This document shows positions 29,695 to 40,567 of a stretch of 64,000 nucleotides of DNA, piece after piece (positions within the stretch are counted from its first letter, which is position 1; each line of letters starts with the position of its first letter). The stretch covers positions 96,001 through 160,000 of the forward strand of contig CAWBKB010000005.1 of NCBI GenBank assembly GCA_963789265.1, written 5' to 3'. The position numbers were made by a program, and so were the translations under genes. The notes beneath the pieces are model-generated. The model did not search any database. It was not told the DNA's origin and worked only from the letters and a program-made list of their open reading frames with translations. This stretch comes from an uncultured delta proteobacterium (lineage in GTDB: Bacteria; Desulfobacterota; Desulfomonilia; Desulfomonilales; Desulfomonilaceae).

Positions 29695-30714
29695 TTGAAT
29701 AAGAACGTCCTAATTCTGGTATTTGTGCTGGTCGCGATCGCGGCTGTGGGTGCCGGACTGTTTCTTAAGAAGGGGCGCAATGTTACGCCGCAATTTGCTG
29801 CCACCAAAGCCGAGAACACCGTCGAAAAGCCCGAGAGACTGGGCCCCATCGCAGTCATCCCCAAGGGGACCACCCATTCGTACTGGAACTCGGTTCTCGC
29901 GGGTGCACAAAAGGCCTCCAAAGAGCACAATGTGGAGATCTTCTGGGCAGGTCCGGACCGCGAGGGTGATCGTGAAAAACAGATCCAAATCGTGGAGGAC
30001 TTCATCGTGAAGAAGGTGGCCGGCATCGTGCTGGCGCCCACTGACGCGGAGGCGCTCGTCCCCGTGGTCGAACGTGCGGCGGCAGCCAGGATACCGGTCG
30101 TCATCATCGACTCGGACATCGACACCGGCAAGCGAGTCTCCTTCGTGGCTACAGACAACTACGCCGGCGGCGTCCTCGCTGCGAAGCACATGGCGAAGCT
30201 CCTCGGCGGCAAGGGCAAGGTGGCCGTCATCAAGTATATGGCCGGCTCCGCGTCCACCACGGCTCGCGAAAACGGTTTCATCGAAACACTGAAGAAGGAG
30301 TTTCCTGAGATCAAGGTGGTTGAAGACCGCTACGGTATGGATACGGTAGAGACCGCGCTCTCCGCGGCCGAAGACGTGCTAACCCGCCACAAAGAGCTCG
30401 ATGGCATCTTCGCCTGCAACGAGTCCACTTCCCTCGGCGCCCTGCGAGCGCTGGAGAGCCAGGGACGGGCCGGCGCCGTGAAAATGATCGGCTTCGATTC
30501 GGCTGACGCCCTGCTAAAAGGTCTCAAGGACGGTCGCATCGACGCGCTTGTGGTCCAAAATCCTCAGGCTATGGGATACATAGGCGTATGTAGCGTCATC
30601 GCAGCGATCAAGGGCGAAAGCGTCAAGGCGAGAATCGACACCGGGGTGCAGCTCGTCACCAAGGATCGCTTGAACTCTCCCAAGATTCGCGCGCTCATCG
30701 GAAACCAGGGTTGA
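29695..30714 (+). CDS. Monosaccharide ABC transporter substrate-binding protein (RbsB-like)
   Basis: GGAAGGAG then TTG 29695; IAVIPKG, VATDNYAGG, IGFD, VQNP..MGY. Confidence 0.9.
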   Translation: MNKNVLILVFVLVAIAAVGAGLFLKKGRNVTPQFAATKAENTVEKPERLGPIAVIPKGTTHSYWNSVLAGAQKASKEHNVEIFWAGPDREGDREKQIQIVEDFIVKKVAGIVLAPTDAEALVPVVERAAAARIPVVIIDSDIDTGKRVSFVATDNYAGGVLAAKHMAKLLGGKGKVAVIKYMAGSASTTARENGFIETLKKEFPEIKVVEDRYGMDTVETALSAAEDVLTRHKELDGIFACNESTSLGALRALESQGRAGAVKMIGFDSADALLKGLKDGRIDALVVQNPQAMGYIGVCSVIAAIKGESVKARIDTGVQLVTKDRLNSPKIRALIGNQG

Positions 30715-32258
30715 TGCCGCCGCACCCGCGAGTCGAGTCTTCGCATTTCGTCCTCGAAATGAGGAGGATCAGTAAAAGTTTCGGCCCCATCAAGGCTCTC
30801 GAAGATGTCACGCTACGCGTCCTGAAGGGGACAGTTCACGCCCTAGTGGGCGAAAACGGCGCGGGCAAATCCACTTTGATGAAGATCCTCTCTGGAGTTC
30901 ATCAGCCTGACACCGGTATCATTGTGCGAGCGGGCAAGACCTGCGTGTGGAAGAATCCTACCGACTCCCTCAAGGCAGGGGTCGCTATGATCTACCAAGA
31001 ACTCAGTCTCGCCCCGGATCTCACTATCGCGGAGAACGTGTGGCTCGGGATCGAGCCTCGCGGCCGCCTGTCCGGCACGTACAGCAAAAATCGAATGCTC
31101 GCAGACACCCGTGCTCTGGGCGAAAGACACGGCTTCGATGTGGATCCCAATCAAAAAGTGGAGAACCTTCCAGCGAGCACGTGCCAGATTGTCGAAGTGC
31201 TGAAGGCCCTTGCGCGTAACGCCGAGATTCTGGTGATGGACGAACCGACTTCCTCGTGTGGAGAGCACGAAGTGGCCGTGTTGCTCGAAATGGTCAAAAA
31301 ACTGAGCCGGGCAGGGACCACAATCATTTACATCTCCCATCGGCTCGAAGAGGTTATAGAGATCGCGGAGTACATCACTGTTCTCCGCGACGGACGGGCA
31401 GTGCATACCGGCCCCATGAGGAGCCTGGAAATCTCCGATATCGTTAGACAGATGGTCGGCCGCGACCTGGACGAGTACTTCCCCAAAAGGGAGGTGGAAA
31501 TTGGGTCCACGGCTCTGAGCGTGTCGGGGCTCTCGTCCCAAGGCGTCGAAAACATCAGTTTCGATCTGCACTGGGGAGAGATCGTCGGCATCGCCGGGCT
31601 GGTGGGCGCAGGTCGCACCGAGCTTGCCCGCGTCCTGTGCGGTCTCGCTCCTTCAATCCGTGGGATCGTGGAACTCGAGGGAAAAGGAGTGAAAATCGCA
31701 ACACCAGCCGATGCACTCTCCCTCGGAATCATGTACATCACGGAAGATCGAAAGCGCACGGGGCTATGCCTCGATCTCCCGGCCGCGTGGAACATGACTC
31801 TACCGTGCCTCGCGCAACTAGGCATGAAACATATCCTGCGCCTCAGCCGCGAAAACGAGATCGCCGAAGAAACGGCTAAAACGCTCTCGCTCAAGTGGCC
31901 CGGGCCGGGAGCGCCGGCAAGCGCTCTGTCGGGAGGCAATCAACAAAAGCTGCTGCTCGGTCGTGCGCTAATCGCTCGTTCGCGACTGTGGGTGCTGGAT
32001 GAGCCCACTCGTGGCATTGACATTGCCGCCAAGGTCGACATCTACGAGCTGGTCGGATGGATGGCCGCCGAGGGAAAGGCCGTTCTAATCATCTCTTCGG
32101 AGCTGCCCGAGCTCTTCGGAATCACCGACCGAATTATGGTGATGCGCCGCGGTCGCCTCGTCGCGGACCTCGTCACCTCAGAAACCACCCAGGAGGCCGT
32201 GATGCAACTCATGGTGGGGCAGGCATCTGAAACTGTCTCAAAATCGAGGCCTGAGTGA
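30711..32258 (+). CDS. Monosaccharide ABC transporter ATP-binding protein (RbsA-like, two NBDs); last codons come from an IS-end sequence
   Basis: GENGAGKST, DEPT, TEDRK, LSGGNQQK, DEPTRGID, SSELPEL. Confidence 0.92.
   Translation: MMPPHPRVESSHFVLEMRRISKSFGPIKALEDVTLRVLKGTVHALVGENGAGKSTLMKILSGVHQPDTGIIVRAGKTCVWKNPTDSLKAGVAMIYQELSLAPDLTIAENVWLGIEPRGRLSGTYSKNRMLADTRALGERHGFDVDPNQKVENLPASTCQIVEVLKALARNAEILVMDEPTSSCGEHEVAVLLEMVKKLSRAGTTIIYISHRLEEVIEIAEYITVLRDGRAVHTGPMRSLEISDIVRQMVGRDLDEYFPKREVEIGSTALSVSGLSSQGVENISFDLHWGEIVGIAGLVGAGRTELARVLCGLAPSIRGIVELEGKGVKIATPADALSLGIMYITEDRKRTGLCLDLPAAWNMTLPCLAQLGMKHILRLSRENEIAEETAKTLSLKWPGPGAPASALSGGNQQKLLLGRALIARSRLWVLDEPTRGIDIAAKVDIYELVGWMAAEGKAVLIISSELPELFGITDRIMVMRRGRLVADLVTSETTQEAVMQLMVGQASETVSKSRPE
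32229..32243 (+). repeat. Extra copy of the IS1182 left terminal repeat
   Basis: GAAACTGTCTCAAAA, identical to 32296-32310. Confidence 0.75.
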
Positions 32259-32295
32259 AATTCGTGGCTCAATGCCCCCTTTTCCTGGCAATGAA

Positions 32296-33971
32296 GAAAC
32301 TGTCTCAAAAGTCGATTTTGGGCTCGCGATTCTCAACCGATTCTACTAATGAGATGTGAAAAGAGAATCGGAGAGGGAAAGGATTATGCCGCAAATCAGA
32401 GCCGACTACAAGCAGGTGTTTCTGCTTCCGCCCGCTATAGATGACTGGATAGGGCCTGATCATCCAGCGCGCTTCATAGGAGACTTTGTGGATTCCTTGG
32501 ATTTGGAGGTGCTGGGTTTTCGAGTTCCGAATGGCGAAACGGGCCGTCCTCCCTATAGTACCGATCTTTTGTTGAAGGCATGGCTCTACGGCTATTTCAG
32601 CAGAATCAGGTCATCGCGCAAGCTTGAGAAGGCATGCATGGAGAACATGGGATTGATTTGGCTGACGGGTATGAATGCAGCGGATCATAATACCCTGTGG
32701 CGATTCTGGAGGGACAACAAGAAGGTTTTCAAGGGAATATTCAAACAATCGGTTCAAGTGGCAGTCAAAGCCGAGTTGATAGGTATGGCGGTTCATGCAT
32801 TGGATGGAACCAAGATCCCTGTCGGATCATCTCGGGAGAAGTTCAAGAACCAAGATCAGTTGGAGCGGATGCTTGAGAATTTGGACAAGTGCGTTGCCGA
32901 CGTCATGACGGAGACAGAGAGGTGCGAGCAAGAGGAGGGTGGCGAATGGCGTCTTCCCGAAGCCCTGCAGGACGAGTTGAAACGCAAGGAGCGGATACAG
33001 AAGGCCTTGCAGGAATTGGATAAGACTGACAAGAAGGTCGTCCATCCCTGCGAGCCGGATGCCCGGTACATGAAGAACCGGCGGTCTACTGAGCCCTCTT
33101 ACAATGCTCAAGCGGTGGCAGACCAACAAAGCGGCATGATTGTGGCTGAGGAAGTGGTCGACGAAGGCAATGACAATGGGCAGCTTGTTCCCATGCTGGA
33201 TCGAGTTCAGGAAAATTTGGGCGCAACCGCAGAGGAAACCGTGGCGGACGCAGGATACTTCGCATCGGCTCAAATCGCGTTGGCCGAAGAGAAGGAGTAC
33301 GAGGTCTTGGTCGCCAAGTCGTCGGGAGAGTCCGCTGCGGAAAAAGGCGCTCAATGGGACCCTTATCACGCTTCCCAGTTCGTCTACGACCAAGAGCGAG
33401 ACGTCTGTATTTGTCCGCAAGGCGCATCGCTGAACTTTCTTCAGAAGAAAGTCACAGGAAAAAACGGAAACGAGATCCGGCGGTATCGATGCCGGGACTA
33501 CTTGACGTGTCCTGAACGGTGGAAGTGCAGCAAGAGCAAGAATGGCCGTCTCATAGACATTAACATCTATCGTGACGCAGTTGAGCGCCACCGCAAGAAA
33601 CGGGAGGTCCCGGAAAGCAAGACGCTACTCCGAGCCCGCAAGGTGATCATTGAGCCGGTCTTTGCATGGATAAAGAGCCACTTGGACTTTAGACGGTGGA
33701 CCGTGTCCGGATTATCCAATGCGAGGGCTCAATGGTCTTTGATGTGCGCCACCTTGAATCTCAAGAAGCTCTACAGCCATTGGCTGACGGGGCGTCTGGT
33801 GCTAACCGCGGCCTAAGACATCAGGACGGAGAGTGACTCATGGCTGCCTGAGGCATACTCATAGCCGGCCCCGGCTCGTCGGAGACAAGGGAGGCCAAGG
33901 TGCGAGATTAACCGCACCCTACCACCCCGAGAGTCGTCATCGTGCCACTACAACCGTTTTGAGACACTCTC
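32296..33971 (+). mobile_element. IS1182-family insertion sequence
   Basis: Terminal inverted repeats GAAACTGTCTCAAAA (32296-32310) and TTTTGAGACACTCTC (33957-33971), 13/15 match, enclosing a transposase. Confidence 0.88.
32386..33816 (+). CDS. IS1182-family DDE transposase
   Basis: HPARFI, GRPPY, SSRKLE, LDGTKI, YNAQ, ADAGY, CPQG, IEPVF. Confidence 0.92.
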   Translation: MPQIRADYKQVFLLPPAIDDWIGPDHPARFIGDFVDSLDLEVLGFRVPNGETGRPPYSTDLLLKAWLYGYFSRIRSSRKLEKACMENMGLIWLTGMNAADHNTLWRFWRDNKKVFKGIFKQSVQVAVKAELIGMAVHALDGTKIPVGSSREKFKNQDQLERMLENLDKCVADVMTETERCEQEEGGEWRLPEALQDELKRKERIQKALQELDKTDKKVVHPCEPDARYMKNRRSTEPSYNAQAVADQQSGMIVAEEVVDEGNDNGQLVPMLDRVQENLGATAEETVADAGYFASAQIALAEEKEYEVLVAKSSGESAAEKGAQWDPYHASQFVYDQERDVCICPQGASLNFLQKKVTGKNGNEIRRYRCRDYLTCPERWKCSKSKNGRLIDINIYRDAVERHRKKREVPESKTLLRARKVIIEPVFAWIKSHLDFRRWTVSGLSNARAQWSLMCATLNLKKLYSHWLTGRLVLTAA

Positions 33972-34009
33972 TAAATCGCCGGGCTATTATCAGGATGTCC
34001 CTCCGGGAC
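33972..34009. repeat. Partial REP-like palindromic unit abutting the IS right end
   Basis: TAAATCGCCGGGCTATTATCAGGAT followed by the small hairpin GTCCC-TCC-GGGAC. Confidence 0.4.
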
Positions 34010-34348
34010 AAAGAGGACTTGAAGCTTATTTCAACGCCTGTGGGGGTTAGAGGGGATTTCATTTCAACTTTGAACGCGAATTCATATGAAAACGCCCCTG
34101 TTACACACCGGCAATTCCGCATGCCGCGCGGGACAGCCCTACTGACGTTTGCATGTTTCGTGTCTCTCTATAGCTATGGGAGTTGGTATCAACGATAACT
34201 AACTAATATTGAGGTATTTTATGTGCCGTTTCCAGTGCCTTGCCGGCACATGATATAGTTATTTTTTGTGACGAGGCCCCTAGAGTCCTCGACCATTTAG
34301 GGGTGACTCTATGTGCGGGCCGCATTTGCATAGATATATCCGGGGGTA

Positions 34349-34520
34349 ATGATGAAAAGGCTGTTTCTGCTCGTGTGGCTTCTGGCTGCTATGATTCTGC
34401 TTCCCATAACAGTATCGTCTGATGGCGACATGGTCTATTGCTGCCTGCGACCTTGTACTTGAGCAAGGTCTCATGCTGCGCCGACTTGCGTGAAGCGTAC
34501 TAGGGCCGAGTGCGAGCGTC
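34349..34520 (+). pseudogene. Possible remnant of a secreted DUF1028 (Ntn-hydrolase-like) gene
   Basis: Signal-peptide-like MMKRLFLLVWLLAAMILLP; ATWSIAACDL and HAAPTCV appear in shifted frames. Confidence 0.3.
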
Positions 34521-34841
34521 TGCGTGGCGAGGTGGTCGTGGACTGCCTTCTCTGTGATTGAGAAAATTTTGCTCATTCATTCGGCCGCGTTATTCGGACG
34601 CGGGTCGTTTATTTGTAACTCTTCACCCTGCAATCAAGATTCACTGACACGTGAGACGCTGGATGCGCGGAGAACGTAGAGAAAAAAGAATACGAAATTA
34701 AACGCCACCTGAGCGACTCATGTCTAAATGAGGCCGAAATTGCCATGAGTGTCGCAGGATCAGGGCTTGCAATGCTCCAACGGATAGACACCGAGGAAAA
34801 AAGAATTCTCTGCCGTCTCCGCGGTTAACTATTACGTTCAT

Positions 34842-37611
34842 TTATGAGCATCCAGTGGTCGCACCGCAATTCAGACATTCATAGCAAGAACCTTGTCGCA
34901 CCATTATGGCGCCACAGTCATAACAGGCAGGCGCGTCCGATTGCGGATTGAAGGTATGACCCTCTGTCTGAGTAGGACGTGGAGCCGTTTCGGCCTCATT
35001 ACTCGCGGACGAGGATTGAGCTATCTCCTCCGTTCCCTTACCGGCAGGCAGAAGTCCGGCAGCCTTTTGCTGTTCTTCGTCCAGGAAGCGCAGCCCAAGG
35101 TACCGGAATATATAATCAGTTAGGGACTTAGCTATAGGAATATCAGGATTGGTCGTAAAACCCGACGGTTCGAAGCGCACGTGGCTAAATTTATTCACTA
35201 GCGCCTCTAGTGGAACGCCGTATTGAAGAGCGATGGAAGTTAGGGTCGCTATGGTGTCCATCAGACCCGAAATAGTGCTGCCTTCCTTGGACATCCGTAT
35301 GAAGATCTCTCCAACACTGCCATCATCGTAGAAGCCTGTATGAATGTATCCTTTCTGTCCCGCTATCTGGAACTTGTGTCGCACGGTCTTACAGTCAATC
35401 GGCAGTCGGCGCCTGACAGGGAGTGGTGGTTTGGCCTGTTCCCTGGACGATACCCCCACAGGTTGAACAGCTTTGCACCCATCGCGATAAACGGAGATCG
35501 CTTTGAGACCCAAACGCCAAGCTAGCCGAAAAATCTCCTCGATTCGTTCTACGCTGGTGTCGTTGGGGACATTGACAGTCTTGGAGATGGCTCCTGAAAT
35601 GAAGGGCTGCACCGCTGCCATCATTTTGAGATGTCCTTCAATGGGGACAGACCGCGTTCCTCTGGCGGGCCGGAAAGCACAGTCAAACACGGGCAGATGT
35701 TCAGGTGAAACCTCTCGAATCCCCTCGATAGTCCCGGTTTCTTCGATTTTTGAAACGATGTCCTTGACAACCGCGGCGGAATATCCAAGTCGTTCCAAGG
35801 CGCGGGCCACGGTTCTGTTCACGATTTCAAGATGTCCTCCGCCCGAAAGATGCTTATACTTGACCAGGGCGATCTCCGGTTCCACTCCGGTGGTGTCGCA
35901 GTCCATCATAAACGCCACTGTTCCCGTGGGAGCTACAACCGTGGCCTGACAGTTGGCGAACCCGTATTGTTCGCCTGTTGCTAAGGCGAGATCCCATACT
36001 TTCCCCGCCTGAGCCACCAATGTGTCGGGAGCGCCTGCGGGAGCAAGCCGATGCGCGTGCTCCCGGTGGTTCTTGACAACTCGGAGCATTGCATCCCGGT
36101 TCTTTTGAAATTCACTGAAAGGGCCCCTGACCGAGGCAATCCGGGCAGATTGAACATAAGCCTCCCCGGTCATGATAGCCGTTATCGTAGATGCCCATGT
36201 ACCGCCCTCATCGGAGTCGTAGGGAAGACCGAGCGCCATGATAAGTGCACCCAGATCGGCATATCCCAGCCCCAGCGCCCTCAAGTTTCGTGAATTCTTC
36301 GCAATTGCAGGCGTCGGATATCCTGCTTTATCCACAATGATGTCCTGGGCCGTTATCATGATGTCTACCGTGTGACGAAAGGCGTCTGCCTGAAAAAGGT
36401 CCCCTTGATCCAAAAAGGCCGTAAGTTTGAGCGAGGCCAAGTTGCAGGCGGAATCGTCCACGTGCATGTATTCGGAACAGGGATTGGAGGCCCTGATGGG
36501 CGCGGTTTCCGGACATGTGTGCCAGCGGTTAATGATCGTGTCGAATTGAATTCCCGGATCCCCGCACGCGTGAGCCGCCTTGGCGATTTCTTCCAGGATG
36601 TCACGTGCGCGATGCGTGTCTGCGACCTCTCCGGAAACTACGAACCTTGTCTTCCATTCCCTGTCGGCCTCAACGGCCTCCATGAATTCGTCAGTCACCC
36701 TGACCGAATGATTGGAATTCTGAAAAGCCACGGTGGAATAAGCCTCACCCTCGAGCGAACCCTTGTAACCCGCATTGACCAGCACATGAACCTTTTTCTC
36801 TTCGTCCGCTTTGGAACGTACGAATTCGAGTATGTCGGGATGATCGACATTCAACACCACCATTTTGGCTGCGCGGCGGGTTTTGCCCCCAGATTTGATC
36901 ACGCCTGCCGACGCTGTCCGCGGCCTTCATGAAAGAAATAGGACCTGACGCGGTGCCGCCTCCGGTGAGAGGCTCTCTCGCGGACCTTAATCCGGACACG
37001 TTGACTCCCGAGCCGGAGCCGCCTTTAAAGATGATTCCTTCCTGAGTGTACCAGTGGAGTATGGACTCCATAGTGTCGTCCACACTTACGATAAAGCAGG
37101 CAGAACATTGGGGTACGGGCTCCACCCCCACATTGAACCAGACCGGGCTGTTAAAAGAGGCTTTCTGATGGAGCATTAGGTGCATCAATTCATCCCGGAA
37201 CACTTTTTCGTCTTCTTCAGCGGCAAAGTATCCCTGTTCTCCTCCCCACGCGGCTATAGTATCAACTACCCTGGAAAGAAGATGTCTGACACTTGTCTCT
37301 CTGTCGGGCTTTCCGGGATGGCCTCTGAAATACCTGGAAACCACTACATTGAGAGCCATATCCGACCAGAAGTCCGGCGCCTCAATGCCGTGCTGCTCGA
37401 AGATGACCTCCCCGCTCTGATTGCGGATTACTGCCGAACGTTTCTTCCATTGCACCATTTCCAGTGGATCTTTGTCCTGGATGGAGAAAAATCGCCGAAA
37501 CCTCAAACCTTCCCCGACAATTTCCACGGTAGATGTAAGGGGTCCGACGAAACGTTCCCTGATAGGCTTAACCCGATTGGACATTCTCCTGCTCCTAATT
37601 CCCACTTTCAC
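34842..37611 (-). CDS. nrdJ: Class II (adenosylcobalamin-dependent) ribonucleotide reductase; +1 frameshift at about 36908
   Basis: FNSPVWFN, CSACF, KSGGKTRRAAKM, SNPCSEY, ACNLASL, APTGT, TSCPD-like domain, C-terminal CxxC..CxxC..GCS. ORFs 36745..37611 and 34842..36902 join on removing one G. Exact start uncertain. Confidence 0.92.
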
Positions 37612-37673
37612 ATAAATTAAATCAGTTAGTTAATCAATCAAGAGATTCTCCCGCCCGTATTTCCGAGTTTGCC

Positions 37674-38087
37674 TCAAGAAGGTGCTGCAGCATGTCCGCC
37701 GGATCGAGAAAAGGCCACAACTTGCGCCGACTGTCTAGTCAGCCTTCGCAAATTGATCTGCCGGCATCTCGGACACACGCTGAAGTGCAGCACGGAAGTG
37801 TAGCCGCAGATCAAACATTCATATATTCTGCCAGGATTGTCGATCTCTGCCAATGGAATGTGAAACGCCGGCCGGCCGGCTCGCATTTGGCTCCGCCGGC
37901 GCAACTGATCCTTGTCCAGGAATCCGCCGTAAAACAGTTTGCAGTAGATCTTTTCTAGCTGTTTCCAACCCAACCCGTATTTTTCCAGCAATTCTTCATC
38001 GGTAAGGTCTGACAAAATATCGCCAAGGATTTCCGATACTTTAAGCAGCTTGGTAACCTTGGTAACTTTGACCACTTTCTTTCTCAT
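37674..38087 (-). CDS. Hypothetical protein: small helical domain plus C-terminal zinc ribbon
   Basis: EILGDILSDLTDEELLEKYGL; CLICG...CPRC. Confidence 0.7.
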   Translation of the reverse strand: MRKKVVKVTKVTKLLKVSEILGDILSDLTDEELLEKYGLGWKQLEKIYCKLFYGGFLDKDQLRRRSQMRAGRPAFHIPLAEIDNPGRIYECLICGYTSVLHFSVCPRCRQINLRRLTRQSAQVVAFSRSGGHAAAPS

Positions 38088-38312
38088 TCGTAACCCTCTT
38101 TTATTAATCAAATACTTTAATTATAATGCAAAACATGTTCATTTTTCAACATTTAAAAATATAGCGGCCCTTCCATGGCCAAAAGGTAACAAAGGCGATG
38201 CATAACTCCAATAATACTGGTATGATTTATTTGGAAAATCGGGGCGAATGGAGGCCTATTAGGTCTCTTCAGGGCCGCGACCGGATCTTTTTGGACGTCA
38301 TGGAGATGAACC

Positions 38313-38663
38313 TTGGCTCGGGAAGGTGATTATCCGTTAGTCTCGACGGCTTTTCGGGCGGTGCTTCTGCTGGTCTTGTTGACCTGGCTTTGGGGATGCG
38401 CTGCGGTGTTCCCCGAAAGGAAGACCACCTCAGATGGTCCCAAAATCCTGGAAGAGGACACGACGAACGATGGTGCGTCTAAGAAGAAGGCAACAGAGGG
38501 GGAGACTCCCGGGGTGAGCAAGCCATCCCAGTCGGAAGAAGAAGCGCCCTACGCGGTCCCGCCGGAACATCGTGAACCGCGACGTTATATATGGAGGGAT
38601 CGAAAAGGAGCCATCAAGGGATGGGAATCATCCCCGGAAGGGACCGACAGGAAGGAACCCTAA
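38313..38663 (+). CDS. Putative lipoprotein, low complexity
   Basis: Hydrophobic stretch ending LWGC (lipobox-like); GGAG upstream. Confidence 0.55.
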   Translation: MAREGDYPLVSTAFRAVLLLVLLTWLWGCAAVFPERKTTSDGPKILEEDTTNDGASKKKATEGETPGVSKPSQSEEEAPYAVPPEHREPRRYIWRDRKGAIKGWESSPEGTDRKEP

Positions 38664-39042
38664 TCTCCTTCGAGGCTTTCTTGGCGCGGCCTCATTCATG
38701 AACATCTGAATTGAATCGTGTCAAGATTTGCGCTTAGTACCTCCTTTTGGCAAATACGGTTACGTTAAGAACTCGGTCCGAAAGAAGATTTCTTCGTCCC
38801 GCGAGAAAGCAATCTCCACGGTGAAAATACGCGATCTAATTTATGAAACAGAGCAGTCAGCACCGAGGCGCGGCATGCTGTGCCACCACCTGGGCGCATC
38901 CGTGTCCGTACCGAAGTTCGAGGCGCAATAAGCCGAAGATCATATATTGAAAACTCAGACGTCGGATAGTACAAGGGAGATCCATCCGGAATTGCACGGA
39001 CGACGATTGTGCTTGTGGATGGAAACGGAGAATTTGTAGGGA

Positions 39043-40245
39043 ATGTCCACTATATTGTTCAATGGCCAGTTTCTGCTGATATCGGCAACTAATCTTTGCT
39101 TGTTTCTCGTTGTGGCGACATGGAGCTTTTTGCCTGTGGTCATTGTGGGGATGGGGGGCAACAGCGCTGACGCCGGCCTCGTAATTGGCTCGATCGGGGT
39201 TACTTCGTTAGGATCTTTGCCTTTGCTGGCACCCTTGATTGATCGCTATGGACGGAAGTCCTTCATCGTTGGCGGAATCCTTCTGATGGGTATTACCAAC
39301 GCCGGGTTCCTTCTCTTTAAGAGTTATTCTCCCCTGATGTTAATTGTGCGCGTAATCCAGGGAATTGCCTTCGCAGCATGCTTCAATGGTTGTGCCACCG
39401 CTGTCGTGGACTTGATTCCACCCGAGCACCGTGCTCAGGGGATAGGATTCTTCGGAGTCTCCGGCTCCCTGGCTGTTGCGATTGGGCCGTACATAGGAGA
39501 GGTCTTTCTCACAAGATGGGGAAATACCGCGTACTTTCTCCTACTGGTAGGCTTTGGTTTGATCGGATTCTTGATGGCGCTCATGATCACGGAGTCGGAT
39601 CGCAACATTGACCATGCGCGCCTGCAAGGGTTCTTCCCGACTGCCTTTCACGACGGTCACCTACCCATGATGGTCTTGGCGGCGATTTTTGGTTCCGGAT
39701 TCGCAGCCATGAACACGTTTATTCCTCTTTTCGCAAAGAGCCTGGGCCTCAAGGCCGGCCTGTTCTTTATTTGTTACGGATGCAGTCTTCTCATCGTCAG
39801 GATGGCGCTGGGGCAACTTGCCGATAGCATCAATAGAGACAAACTTATTCTTGCCTGTTTGATGGGGTTCGGAGTAATGCTGGTCTCCACGTCCCGTATG
39901 GATTCCATGATTCAGATGGTTCTTCTCGGGGGCCTATTCGGTGTTTTACAGGGTCTCTCTTATCCGGCTATGATGGCGAGAATGGTAGACCGAGCCGATG
40001 CCCATAATCTAGGGGTTGTAGTGGCGCTATTCACAGGTTCTTTCGGTGTAGGACTAAACATCTCGGTGCTGGGTTGGGGTGTCCTTGCGCACGCCAAGGG
40101 CCTTTCATCTATGTTTCTCATTGGAGGGCTCGTAATGTTTGCTTGCGCGGTGGTAGCTGTTTGGCCACTTGTGGCAGGCAAGGAGACCTCGTTGACAAAG
40201 CCGATTGTTGAGGAAAGCAAGAACGAGGATAGAGCACTTAGATAA
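39043..40245 (+). CDS. MFS transporter
   Basis: About 12 hydrophobic segments; motif A LIDRYGRK and LADSINR. Confidence 0.9.
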   Translation: MSTILFNGQFLLISATNLCLFLVVATWSFLPVVIVGMGGNSADAGLVIGSIGVTSLGSLPLLAPLIDRYGRKSFIVGGILLMGITNAGFLLFKSYSPLMLIVRVIQGIAFAACFNGCATAVVDLIPPEHRAQGIGFFGVSGSLAVAIGPYIGEVFLTRWGNTAYFLLLVGFGLIGFLMALMITESDRNIDHARLQGFFPTAFHDGHLPMMVLAAIFGSGFAAMNTFIPLFAKSLGLKAGLFFICYGCSLLIVRMALGQLADSINRDKLILACLMGFGVMLVSTSRMDSMIQMVLLGGLFGVLQGLSYPAMMARMVDRADAHNLGVVVALFTGSFGVGLNISVLGWGVLAHAKGLSSMFLIGGLVMFACAVVAVWPLVAGKETSLTKPIVEESKNEDRALR

Positions 40246-40328
40246 TCCCTTTCCATTTTACTGCGGCGCCCGGCCGGACATAGTTGCTTCGACTGGAGCA
40301 ACGCCTTTGAATCCTTCAGGAGGAAACA

Positions 40329-40550
40329 ATGAGACGGCAAATTGAAGCAGCACTGGAGAAGATTCGGCCCTCGCTCCAACAGGATGGCGGGGATATCGAA
40401 CTTGTCGGCGTATCGGAAGACGGGGTCGTCACCGTCAGACTGACCGGAGCCTGCGGTGGCTGTCCGATGTCGCAGATGACGCTTCAGCATGGGGTGGAAC
40501 GGCTGCTCAGACGGCACGTTCCTGCAGTAAAGCGAGTGGAATCTGCTTGA
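40329..40550 (+). CDS. NifU/Nfu-domain Fe-S carrier
   Basis: IRPSLQQDGGDIEL, GACGGCPMS; AGGAGG RBS. Confidence 0.92.
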   Translation: MRRQIEAALEKIRPSLQQDGGDIELVGVSEDGVVTVRLTGACGGCPMSQMTLQHGVERLLRRHVPAVKRVESA

Positions 40551-40567
40551 GCTTCACCGAGCGTTTT

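Noticed and set aside
30843..33591. Long antisense ORFs (30843..31571, 31328..31939, 32827..33591) and similar shadows elsewhere
   Set aside because: They lie opposite well-supported genes and have no motifs.
36745..36910. Intein, intron or programmed frameshift in nrdJ
   Set aside because: The halves join seamlessly with one base removed; no inserted sequence or slippery heptamer.
38049..38075. 9-bp tandem repeat encoding VTKVTK
   Set aside because: Only two copies, in frame; no sign of a contingency locus.
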